Positions 1 through 11,494 of a DNA stretch of 64,000 bases are shown here, piece by piece. The stretch lies in assembly GCA_951406725.2 (NCBI GenBank), contig OX597831.1, positions 24,862,001 to 24,926,000 of the forward strand. Reading direction: 5' to 3'. Numbering within the stretch: the first letter of the stretch is position 1; each line of letters begins with the position of its first letter. The notes below the pieces were generated by a model, which was not told where the DNA came from, ran no database searches, and saw only the letters and a list, made by a program, of their open reading frames with translations. The position numbers and the translations under genes are program-made. Source of the DNA: Octopus vulgaris (Eukaryota).

Positions 1-260
1 AGAAACTGAAAGAAGCCTGTCGTATATATGTATATGTATATATGTATGTGTGTGTGTTTGTGTGCCTGTATTTGTTCCCCTAGCATTGCTTGACAACCGA
101 TGCTGGTGTGTTTACGTCCCCGTCACTCAGCGGTTCAGCAAAAGAGACCGATAGAATAAGTACTGAGCGTACAAAAAGAATAAGTCCCAGGGTCGAGTTG
201 CTCGACTAAAGGCGGTGCTCCAGCATGGCTGCAGTCAAATGATTGAAACAAGTAAAAGAG
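1..260 (+). mobile_element. tRNA-derived SINE family A, 3' part (cut by window edge)
   Basis: Matches the 3' half of full copies (e.g. 57205-57597), including internal (TA/TG)n and the gaaacaagtaaaagag tail. Confidence 0.9.
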
Positions 261-289
261 AAAGAGAGAATATCTATATATCTATATAT

Positions 290-701
290 TACTCTTTTAC
301 TTGTTTCAGTCATGTGACTGTGGCCATGCTGGAGCACCGCTTTTAGTCCCGCAAATCGACCCCAGAACTTATTCTTTGTAAGCCTAGTACTTATTCTATC
401 AGTCTCTTTTCCCAAACCGCTATGTTATGGGGACGTAAACACACTAGCATCGGTTGTCAAGCGATGTTGGGGTGGGGGTGGGGAGACAAACACAGACACA
501 CAATCATATACACACACATGCATATATATGTACATATATACGACGGGCTTCTTTCAGTTTCCATCTATCAAATCCACTCAAGGGTTTGGTCAGCCCGAGG
601 CTATAGTAGAAGACACTTGCCCAAGGTGCCACACAGTGGGACTGAACCCGGAACCATGTGGTTCATAAGCAAACTACTTACCACATAGCCACTCCTATGC
701 C
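290..701 (-). mobile_element. SINE family A, full length
   Basis: Reverse complement begins GGCATAGGAGTGGCTATGTGG (A-box-like) with GGTTCAGTCCC (B-box-like); internal microsatellite; TAAAAGAG tail; more than 10 copies in window. Confidence 0.92.
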
Positions 702-733
<32 letters not shown>

Positions 734-1041
734 TGTATGTGTATATATGAAGACAGGATAAGCATGGCTGGAATATTTATAATAATAGGTCTGCTTGATC
801 AAGGTTGACTTATGCCAAACAACAAATACAGCATCAATCACAGTAGATTCAGATAGTAGAATATGTTGGTTCCAAATATATCATAATAAAATATGTTACA
901 AGGATGCAGAGGTAGTTTTAGAAATGTGGTAACAACTATGAAGAACTGTACAAATATAGGATTTCTAATTTTGGCATAGTAAAAATGTATAGGGTAGTTA
1001 CGAAACTATGTATATTTAGAATGTGCCAGTTTATCATTTTA

Positions 1042-1416
1042 CTAGCAGTATCGCCTGGTATTGCTCGGGTTTGTTTCGACCCTTTAGAATTAGAATTTTT
1101 ACATTATGTAGCTTGTTATTCTCTTTAAGTGAACATTTTTTCTGGTTGAAATACACCAAAAAATGGCGACACAGCAGTAAAAAAATCGTAAGAAATAGGG
1201 ATTTTCAGAGAAAAAAAGCACCTTTTTGATGTAAATAATTTTTGGTGTTAACATGGTCCGATTTGAATATTTTCTTCTACAGAATAAAGAGCATGCCTTC
1301 TTCTATCATACTCTCAATTTTGGCCAACTTGCACCACAGGGTCTCGGAGAAGATAGTGTTAGTTGAAGGCTACCAAACCTGCCACACACAGACAACTTCA
1401 GCTTTATATATATAGA
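1042..1416 (-). mobile_element. Non-autonomous Helitron
   Basis: Minus strand starts TC(TATATATATAAAGCTG) and ends CTAG; degenerate subterminal hairpin; lies between A and T with no TSD; second copy at 56147-56543. Confidence 0.85.
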
Positions 1417-2526
1417 TTAGTGTGTCATGTGTTTGCTAAAGATCCTTCCCATCACTGCATTATCTATTTCTAGTTTTACTTAATTGGGATACAGGGGAAT
1501 CAAGTTTTCAAAAAAAATATCTTCTGACTTTGAGTCATCTGTCTTACCTGTTTGTCTGAATTAAACATTATTCAATTATATCTACTTCTCCTTCATACGA
1601 CTCTAAACTTGCTCGGTTAAAATTGCCACACTCATCACATTAACTATGTTGTCACTCCACTATATATATATTATTTAGTTGAGTTAATGCTTATTTTAGT
1701 TAATGTTAATATGTTTAATATAAAGAGCATTAAAATGCTAACTAGAAATGAACAAAAACAATATTAGATAATGACTGATACTAACTGAATTATTTCAGCA
1801 AGTACAGGAGACATTTTCACATGCATTTCATTTGTTATTATCATTTGATCAGTGTTGTATAGGCTTCTTCAGCGTATTTACCAAAGTATTGAAGTGGGGA
1901 GGAGAGATTTTGTAAGTAAATATATAAGATAGCACAATGGTTGACAGAAACATGGTATTGTTTAGAAAATAAATGTGTTATTTAGTTGATAAAACAAAAG
2001 CTAGTCTGCAGCAGATATAGGAGTTAGGAATCTGAGAAATGGTAATTTTAATGAATCTCAATGCATACCTAGTCGTGTATGTATAGAAAAATGTGATAAT
2101 ACAAAAATGTCTGAGATGCATCAAAAAATTAATTTGTATGCACTGATTTCATGACATTTTTTTGTAAATGTGGAAATGCTGAGATAATTTTAGCAAATGT
2201 CTCACAGGTGCTATGAAAATAGGTACGAAGATACAGCAATGTTAAGAAAAATAATTATTGATGTTAAACATTGTAAGTTGTAGTTTTAGAACAAAAGAGA
2301 GACAAAACACTGATTTGTCTTAAACCACATATACGTTAACTGGCAGGTAACAGAATCGAAATTCAAATTTTGCCAGTGAAATTGTTTCTCTGCTTTTGCT
2401 CAAACTAATTCTTGAAGGTGATGCTCCAGAATGGTCATTGTCTATCATCAAAAACCAGTAAAAAAAAGAAGTAATCATTGAAATATTTGAATATCTAAAT
2501 TCACAACTAATTATTTTTAACAAAAT

Positions 2527-3072
2527 AGGTGCAGGAGTGGCTGTGTGGTAAGTAGCTTGCTTACCAACCACTTGGTTCTGGGTTCAGTCCCACTGCGTAG
2601 CACCTTGTGTAAGTGTATTCCACACAGCCACTCCTACGCCTATGTATATATTATTAATAATATGAATATATACTATTCATAATGAGTTATAGGGTTCAGG
2701 TGCACGACAGAATGCAGCAGTAAGTCAAGTGAAGAGACACAGCAATGCTAATCAAAAGGGCATGCATAGAACACAGTGTAAAAAATAAGAACACAGGAAA
2801 GTAAGCAGTAATAGAGCCTTAAAGACGAATGAGTGCATAGACATGTCTGAACTAGTGTTGGAGAATTTAAGGAAGCATGACTTTTTGAAAGATGCAGGAG
2901 TGGCTATGTGGTAAGTAGCTTGCTTACCAACCACATGTTTCTGGGTTCAGAATATATAGCATATATTTGCAAGCAATATAGTAGAAGACACTTGGGCAAG
3001 TGTTTTCTACTATAGCCTCTAAATATATGCTATATATTTACAAGCAATATATAGCATATATTGCTTGCAAAT
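2527..3072 (+). mobile_element. Two rearranged 5' fragments of SINE A with fold-back duplications
   Basis: SINE heads at about 2527 and 2892; inverted copies of head and internal sequence at 2619-2643 and 2951-3072. Confidence 0.7.
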
Positions 3073-3507
3073 GATGATTATTGTGTAAAATCTAGGCTTC
3101 CTGAAACAGCTGTCAAGATAAGACATCACATAATTTCCTTATGTACATTTACTCTTAATCCTCTTTTTTTTGTGCTCCAGGTAAATATATATATAGCAAG
3201 CCTAATTTGTGTTTATCTATCCTTCTACTTAAGTATTTCTGCATTTTACATGGAGATTGTATTGAGAGACATTATTTTCCTCAGGAGTTGACAGGAGATT
3301 ACATTGATTTCAGCAGCTCTCAACAATATTGCACTCTTCCCAGTGGTTATGAGCAGCAATAACGCAACTAATGAATGTTCTTTCGACTGTACTGCAACAT
3401 GTTTTTCTCCTCTGTTATCTCTTCAGTCACTGCATCAAAATGTGTGCAACTTGTGGCCATGCCAACCAAGCAGCCACTAGATTACCCTATATACATACAT
3501 GTATGCA

Positions 3508-3557
<50 letters not shown>

Positions 3558-3734
3558 TATATATATATTTATATTATATATATATTTATATCATATATAT
3601 ATTATATATATATATATATTATATATATATATATTATATAGCATCCACCCTTATGGGTTAGCCATATTCAAATGGCAAATATGCAACACGATGTGTTATC
3701 GCTACTGTTTATAACTGTCTCTGAGATTTATCAT

Positions 3735-3773
<39 letters not shown>

Positions 3774-4025
3774 TTATATATATATATGAATGTTTTTAAT
3801 ATTTTTTTTTTATAATGCCAAAACAATCCAAGTTAAAATAAATAATACAGGTCGATGAAATATTGAAATACGAGATAAAAGTATTAAGCATTGATTTGCA
3901 TTATTTCTTATAACTTGCATTGTTTTGGCATTATGAAAAAAAAAACAATTAAAAACATTTATATATATATCAGACAATGTATCATAAAAACGATACTACT
4001 ATACATACATCTTCATACATACGCA

Positions 4026-4414
4026 TACTCTTTTACTCTTTTACTTGTTTCAGTCATTGACTGTGGTCATGCTGGAGCACTGCATTTAGTTGAACAAATC
4101 GATCCCAGGACTTATTCTTTGTAAGCCGGGTACTTATTCTATTGGTCTCTTTTGCCAAAATGCTAAGTTATGGGGACGTGAACACACCAGCATCGGGGGG
4201 GACAAACACAGACACAAACACACACACACACACGCATATATATACATATATACAATGGGCTTCTTTCAGTTTCCGTCTACCAAATCCACTCACAAGGCTT
4301 TGGTCAGCCCGAGGACATAGTAGAAGACACTTGCCGAAGGTGCCATGCAGTGGGACTGAACCTAGACCATGTGATTCGTAAGCAAGCTACTTACCACACA
4401 GCCACTCCTATGCC
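4026..4414 (-). mobile_element. SINE family A, full length
   Basis: Same head, body and tail as 290-701. Confidence 0.92.
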
Positions 4415-4481
4415 TATCAACACATTAGAGACAGAATCTGTCAGCACTTTCTGTTATAGTTCTACTGCATCATGGTCAGCA

Positions 4482-4783
4482 TGGAGTTAAACAGTAACAA
4501 CAACAGCAACAATATTTATAGGGAATAGATGGCAAAGGTCAGTGCTAGAAACAACAAGAATCCTGTTGGACTAATGAAGGAGTTTTTATATTTTCACTTG
4601 ACCTGCCAGAAATAGCAAGTAAATTGCCCTTAAATTATACCATATTGTCCTAATTAAAGGAAGATCACTTTAGATAATGTAAGCTTCGATATATAAAAAG
4701 ACAAGATAATTATTATTTGTATGTCTTTCATCATAGATAGGTGTTGAGGACTAATGTTGACCTTGGGTTAATCAGCAACAACC
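4482..4783 (+). repeat. ~300 bp segment duplicated at 14839-15143
   Basis: Colinear, highly similar direct copy, including non-repeat flank and an old repeat remnant. Confidence 0.85.
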
Positions 4784-5264
4784 CCATTAGGAGCCCTGTA
4801 TTATTAACAAATGTTTTTAGTTCCCCCATTTTGTTTCATATGCTTCCCAACAATGACCCTGCATCAGGACAGAAGGATGCAGTGATCCCCTGAAGAGCAA
4901 ATGAATCGTGGCACACATTAATTCCCTGATAACAAATTTAGGTATAAGCTGTTAGCACTTGTGGCACCGGTTCTCGCTCACGTTCGTATATAGACATTTC
5001 GAGAGCGACATATACGCAATCAAAGTCAAAATTTCTTCATATCTATAACTAGTTCTAAGCTGCCAGGTATGACATTCTCTGCTAGCAACTTAACTTGGAG
5101 TTCTATAAATAATTTTAATTGGAAAATAAATACGAAAATGTAATTAAGTACTAATTCAAGAATTTAGTGATTGACAGAACATTTGTCTTGGAGCACTATA
5201 CTAGATTTTGACTTCATTGCTTTTCTCTTGTAGTTTGTTAGATCTCATCATGAACATGACTGCT

Positions 5265-5690
5265 ATGGCCATCATTGTCGTAACCATCATTATTATTGTT
5301 TTTATTATTATCATTTATATCATCATTATTTACAACATTGTCATCGTCATCATTTTCATCTTCGTTTCCATTATCATCAATGTTTTCATCTTTATTATCG
5401 TCGTCATCATCATCATCACCATTATTATCAGTATCCTAACATCACCATTATCATCACTGTCATCATCATCTTTGGCATCATCATATATGTCATTATCATC
5501 AGAATCACTATTTTCATCATTGCCATCATCATCATCTTCAGCATCATCATATATGTAATTATCATCAGTATCACCAACACCACCATTATCATCATTGCCA
5601 TCTTCATTACTGTCATCATCATCATAATCATCATCCTCCATGCTGGAACCACCATTATCATCATCATTGCAATATAATATAACCATTGTA
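5265..5690. repeat. Degenerate (ATC/ATT)n low-complexity tract
   Basis: Cryptic trinucleotide repeat; produces spurious I/S/D/M-rich ORFs. Confidence 0.9.
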
Positions 5691-5903
5691 ATATCTGTGT
5701 TTAAGTAAGTTGACTTATAGCTGAATAAATGTAATCACTTAAGTCTGGTTTATACACCCATGTGAAACCATGTTGATATAGATCAGAGCTTCTCAAACTA
5801 TCTGATGTGACGTACCAGCAGTTTTCTTTTTTTTTTTTCCAATGTTCCAGGAACTGATGATATTTCTTAGTAATATTAATTTATACCGGAAACAATATAT
5901 GTA

Positions 5904-6130
5904 TCTTTTACTCTCTAACTCTTTTACTTGTTTCAGTCATGTGAATGTGGCCATGCTGGAGCACCCACTTTAGTCAAGCAAATTGATCCCAGGACTTATT
6001 CTTTGTAAAGCCTAGTACTTATTCTGTCTGTCTCTTTTTGCCGAACCGCTAAGTTACAGGGGCGTAAACACACCAGCATCGGTTATCAAGCGATGTTCGG
6101 GGTGGGGGACAAAGACAGACACACATACAC

Positions 6131-6161
<31 letters not shown>

Positions 6162-6433
6162 TATATTGATAAAACTGGTAAGATAACAAAAGAAAGAAAG
6201 AGACCTCGATATTATGTAAAATAGAGGAATTTATCTGTAAATGTAATATGAGACAATTATTCAGTAGCCATGATAAAACTCCGAGTCTTTTTCATAGCAT
6301 TTTTCCGATGGCCGGATAACTGAAGAGATGGTGGCGTGGATTTCCACCTCAGCATACAAAACTCGGAGTTCTATCATGGCTACCAAATAATTGTCTCATA
6401 TTACATTTACAGATATACATACATATATACATT

Positions 6434-6464
<31 letters not shown>

Positions 6465-6642
6465 ATGCGTGTGTGTGTGTGACGGGCTTCTTTCAGTTTC
6501 TGTCTACCAAATCCACTCACAAGGCTTTGGTTGGCCCAAGGCTATAGTAGAAGACACTTGCCCAAGGTACCACACAGTGGGACTGAACCCGGAACCATGT
6601 GGTTCATAAGGAAGCTACTTACCACACAGCCGCTCCCACGCC
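5904..6642 (-). mobile_element. SINE family A interrupted within its microsatellite
   Basis: Tail at 5904, head at 6642; unrelated insert at about 6165-6415 inside the (TA)n tract. Confidence 0.9.
6307..6384 (+). ncRNA. Type I hammerhead ribozyme motif (G12->A degenerate)
   Basis: GGATAA-CTGAAGA-helix II (GTGG..CCAC)-AAAA-CTCGGAG-TT then CTATCATGGCTA, which pairs with upstream TGGCCGGATAA; palindromic helix III ACTC-G-GAGT. Confidence 0.65.
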
Positions 6643-7507
6643 TATAATGAATATAATAAAAGCTGACAATTTTTTGTATCTTGTATTTATTTTGTAAACA
6701 AATAATACAATATTGCATAAACATTTTATAAGCATTTTACAAAGTTTCCTTCTTTTCCGGAAACTCTCTGCTTACCGGCAGCTGATGGCTCATGGACCGG
6801 CACCAGTCCATGGACCACTACCCTGAGTAGCACTGATGCAGATGATTGTGATAGTGGTGTGCTTGATATTAATGATGGTGATGAAGATGCTGACTGTGAT
6901 GATAATAATAATGATAATTTATAGAAAATATGACTGATACATGGTGTTGAAACATAGGCTAAATGTGGTATAGCTTCAGTGGAAATATGGTATGGAGTCA
7001 TATGTATATCTATGTAAGCATGTGTATGTATCTATGTATGGTTAAGTGTGTGTCTATATATGTAACTGTATGTGTATATGCTTATGTGTTTTCTATACTT
7101 GTACATATGCATTTGTATATGATCTGTTAGATTTTCAAAGCTAATTTATCTGAATTTTATAACTATTTTTTTGAATGTCAGCAATCCATTGGGTTAGTGT
7201 TTATTTCTGTTAGCTACCATTCTGATAAGGAGATGAACTGTTGCTGTTCTCCTGGATAGGTAACTAGACTATCATAGGAAGAATTAAATACAGCACAAGA
7301 AGTCAAAATTATTTACAGATTGTTAGATCTTAAGTTGCTGCTCCTTACAGCTGTGATCAATATAACATTATAGTACCTACTTACAGCCTAGTAGACTGAG
7401 TCATTGATATTAGAGAGTCTCAGTCACAGTTATAGTGTCAGAACATGAACTGTCGACTTTTTACTGAGAAAATATATAAGGCATTAATAACAACCATGAA
7501 ACAGGTG

Positions 7508-8241
7508 CAGGGCTGGATTAAGGTCCATAGAGGCTAGTGCCCTCATATCACCATGATCACCATGACCGATCAGGCTATCAGATGTTGCTACACATTGCTG
7601 GTCACAATGCACAAAAAAGGTTAACTATCACTTCGCATTGTTTTAGCCTTCAAATGATGAGCATGTCAACAGAAGAAAGAGTGAGAGAAAGTTGTGGTGA
7701 AAGAGTACAGCAGAGATCACCACCACACCCCGCCAGAGCCTCGTGGAGCTTTAGGTGTTTTTGCTCAATAAACACTCACAACACCCGGTCTGGGAATTGA
7801 AACTGCAATCCTACAACTGTGAGTCCGCTGTCCTAACCACTGGGCCATTGTGCCTCCACAGTGCCCTCATATATAATTCAAAATTTAAACAATAATAAAC
7901 CATAAAATAAAAAATTCCTTTTTCAAAATGCAACAAAACTCACAGTAAGATGGAAAATAATGTTTGGTTTTTTTTTGCTTTTTTTTGTATACTTCCTCTT
8001 CATTTATATTTGAAAAGTTTTCTCCCTTCTTTTTTTTTAATTGCAAAGTCTTTGATTAGATCCTCCCTATGACACTATAAACACTTCGAAATTATATTTC
8101 TGATCATATAAATAAGTTCAAATATCTTTTTAGAAAGTTTAAAATAATTTCTTTTGTGCCATAAACCATTTACCATTTCTGTGATGCCTTCCTCCCCTTG
8201 ATGCCACATGTTTATTTTGCTTAATGGTTAATCCAATGCTG
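7508..8241. mobile_element. hAT MITE with nested SINE
   Basis: TIRs CAGGGCTGGATTAA / TTAATCCAATGCTG; 8-bp TSD AACAGGTG / GACAGGTG. Confidence 0.78.
7549..7859 (-). mobile_element. tRNA-derived SINE, family D-type head
   Basis: Head GTGGAGGCACAATGGCCCAGTGG with B-box-like GTTTCAATTCC; 13-bp TSD AGTGCCCTCATAT at 7536-7548 and 7860-7872. Confidence 0.88.
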
Positions 8242-8749
8242 GACAGGTGTGAGCAACAGGATTTCTGTGGAACACACTTGCTGAGCAATGATAAGTACAT
8301 GATTCTGTCAGCTTGTTTGTCACTTTTTAAATTGTCTGAAACTGTAATATCTCATATCATTAATATATTTTGTTGTTTTGATACCAATCCATCATGAAAC
8401 CAACTCTAATTCCATTTTGCCATTTAATTAAAATCTGCCATCGTAATTCTATGACACAAACTTTTTATCAAATTATGTTCCTAATGACTAATATGAGTGG
8501 GTTGTTATGCAACCTCTTGATTAGATTCAATAATTAACTGAAAAATATTAGATAAACATTATTATTTTGTTAGAAATACTGTCACAAAAAAGGTTAACTA
8601 TCAAATATAATTTATATTAACAGCATCTCAACAGTTAATTCATAATTTGATTCAAGATGTTAATTCTTGTTCCTAACATATATATATATATATACATATA
8701 ACCCTAGCTAGCATGGAAAACGGACGTTAAACAAGGATGATGATATATA

Positions 8750-9409
8750 TATAAAAGAGTGTATAAAATATTTTTATACACAGAGGAGACCATTGACAGG
8801 ACTCCTTACATGTTAAAAAAGCCAGTTAAAACCTAAACAACGAAAAGAGAATTCATAAGGCATGCTGCTATAACACTAAAGCAAACAAAAAAAAAATGAA
8901 TTAGTTAATCCCAAACTCAAGTTTCACTATTAATTGCCAAATACACCAATTTGGAATCTGTAGCTCATCAGTGGAATCACTAATTAATGAATAATTGTGA
9001 AGTTGCAAATACACACTGAAAACAGACAGCTACATTTTTATCCATCTCAGGATTTGAACTTAGTGCATGAGCATAAAATAGTCCTGCAGTAAATAAAGAA
9101 ATTTAAAACTGTGTCCTATACAGACTCAGGATTTAAAATATTACTATCGTAAATATAAGGGTAATAAATTAAAATAATTCATTACTAGTGGTTAGCATGC
9201 ATAAATAAAAGTCATAAGACATAGCATATTTTTTAAAATATAAGACTGTATGAATATTTTTATACACAATGACACAATGGTTTCCTCTTTGTATATGAAA
9301 ATATTTTATACACTCTTATATTTTAAAAAATATGTTTTGTCTTATGACTTTTATTCATGTATACTAACCTCTGGTAATAAATTATTTTTATTTATTACCC
9401 ATATATTTA

Positions 9410-9414
<5 letters not shown>
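8750..9414. mobile_element. Penelope-like pseudo-LTR remnant with fold-back, between (TA)n tracts
   Basis: Inverted arms 9145-9265 / 9291-9414; 8751-8803 matches the reverse complement of about 9276-9321; contains a hammerhead on the minus strand. Confidence 0.6.
8899..8985 (-). ncRNA. Type I hammerhead ribozyme motif
   Basis: Minus strand: ATTCCA-CTGATGA-GCTA..CCAAAT/ATTTGG..TAGT-GAAA-CTTGAG-TT^TGGGAT; helix I extends (AATTAGT/ACTAATT); catalytic core intact. Confidence 0.8.
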
Positions 9415-9477
<63 letters not shown>

Positions 9478-9482
9478 GTATA

Positions 9483-9633
9483 TGAGGTCCAGCCTTCTAA
9501 GTTCTTTTACAGGGTTTAGAAAAACTGAAAGACTACTGCAGTGTGTGAATCTGAGAGGGGAATATGTTCAATAAAATCATAATTAATTGACCATCCTGTA
9601 ATTTTTTTACCCAAACTTTTCAGCACCCCCTCA
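9483..9633 (+). mobile_element. Mariner-derived MITE fragment (transposase C-terminus plus one TIR)
   Basis: Encodes ..CVNLRGEYVQ*; ends ACTTTTCAGCACCCCCTCA-TA; same family as 52961-53177 in opposite orientation. Confidence 0.7.
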
Positions 9634-9681
9634 TACACACACACATATACTGTGTGTGTGAGTGTGTGTGTGTATAAATAT

Positions 9682-9717
<36 letters not shown>

Positions 9718-10508
9718 CTATGGTATTAACTCAGATCCAGCAGGCTTTGAACCAAAATGGTTCCAATAATGGCAACCCCCATCATTTTCTTTTAAAGCGT
9801 GGTGCATCTATGTACCCCATTATACAATGTAGCCTTCACTTTTTAAAATCAGTATGATATAACCTGAGGGCGATTTGACTGTCATTTCTGCCATTTAGTA
9901 GTATGTTACTTCATTCACTTGATATTTCAAGTGCTGAATTGTAACCTGGGCTAGTGAAAACTTAGGACGTTGAAAACACTTTCACAAAAATGTAGAATGA
10001 CTAAAAGGATATAATCCATCAAAGATTATTGAGTTGGTGAGTCAAGAAGCTTTGGTATGAGTCAGAGATTTACAAACATACCAAAACATAAACAGTACAG
10101 AAGGTTAAGGTTAATGAATTTGATTTGTTACCAGCAGGAATTGGTAGCACGAGGCAGTAGGGAGGAATTGGAAACATGTTTATATGAAATGAAGGTATTC
10201 TTCTACAAGACTTTGTAATTTCTTGTTAAAGTGTTTTATTTTGTCTCTTGGTCACTCTCTTTCTTTCTCTCTGTCTCTCTCTCATCATATTTTAAATGTG
10301 TCTACATTTCATTTTGCTGGATGATTCACTTATGAATTCCAACCACGAATACACAGACAGACAAGTAAACATACACCCACATGAACAAGCAGTCTTGAGA
10401 AATGTAACAACAGATTAAATACATTGAAATTTATTATATTTATGTTACTTTACATAGACGTACAACTCACATGCCTATATATCCTCATCATCATTATATA
10501 TATATATA

Positions 10509-10588
<80 letters not shown>

Positions 10589-10679
10589 AAAAAAAAACAG
10601 AGAAGAAAAGTAAAAAAGACAACAACGTGAGGACGTTGTATGTGCAAATATTAAGACACTCAGGGAAGGAAACAAAGGG

Positions 10680-10716
10680 TGTTTTACATTTCGAGCGTAG
10701 CTCTTCTTCAGAAACA
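10680..10716 (-). ncRNA. Minimal type I hammerhead motif (Penelope-type)
   Basis: Minus strand: TGTTT-CTGAAGA-A-GAGC tac GCTC-GAAA-TG-TA^AAACA; lies in a ~200 bp insert (10584-10785) between microsatellite tracts. Confidence 0.75.
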
Positions 10717-10785
10717 GGAGGCAGAGGGAAGTCCAAAAGAAAAGGAAGACAGAGGGAAAAAATCGCCAACAATCCACATGTAATT

Positions 10786-10816
<31 letters not shown>

Positions 10817-10823
10817 CATATAT

Positions 10824-10980
10824 CATTAACAACATATACTTAATGTAAATGCTTCATGTTTTTGCCAATGGACTGCTATTAGTACAGTGGAGTATGTACA
10901 TTTTCAAAGTACTCTACTGTGCCAACAGCAGCCTACTGGCAAATACACAAAGCATATATGTTAAGTCTATGTGGTTAATG
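10824..10980. mobile_element. Fold-back MITE-like palindrome with TTAA ends
   Basis: Imperfect ~70 bp inverted arms 10824-10894 / 10910-10980. Confidence 0.6.
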
Positions 10981-11045
10981 TTATTTATTATACTAGAGCT
11001 GTTACTATTTCATATTTAAATACACAAACACACACACACACACAC

Positions 11046-11079
<34 letters not shown>

Positions 11080-11154
11080 CACCACTCATATGCTATGCAT
11101 TATAGATAAAAATTTGCCATAAAATATAGAGATTTTTAATCTCACCATCTTTAT

Positions 11155-11205
<51 letters not shown>

Positions 11206-11282
11206 ATACACATCAATAAAGCAGTGATGGTTTGTGTGCATTACAATGATAAATGTTGAGCATTAGAAGTTAATTGAATATT

Positions 11283-11494
11283 CTTTTCTACTCTAAGCAC
11301 ACGGCTCATAGTTTTGGGAGAAAGGACTAGTCGATTAGACCAACCCCAGTACACAACTGGTACTCAATTTCTTGATCCCAAAAGAATGAAAAGCAAAGTC
11401 GACCTTGGCGGAATTTGAACTCAGAACATAAAGACAGACGAAATACCGCTAAGCATTTCACTCACCGTGCTAGCGTTTCTGCCAGCTTGCCACC
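11283..11494 (-). mobile_element. SINE family B
   Basis: Body with B-box-like GAGTTCAAATTCC; TSD TTAGAAGTTAATTGAATATT at 11263-11282 and 11495-11514. Confidence 0.88.

Larger units (their letters stand above)
5784..6835. mobile_element. hAT (Charlie-like) MITE carrying a nested SINE and hammerhead element
   Basis: Ends CAGAGCTTCTCA and TGAGTAGCACTG form imperfect TIRs; 8-bp flanks ATATAGAT / ATGCAGAT match at 6 of 8. Confidence 0.7.

Noticed and set aside
206-688. Recurring ORFs with RRHLPKVP / IVEDTCPR peptides
   Set aside because: Translations of SINE A; recurrence reflects repeat copy number.
4953-4990. STCGTGSRSRS peptide resembling a thrombospondin type-1 motif
   Set aside because: Short and stop-bounded, lacking the Trp and later Cys residues; likely chance.
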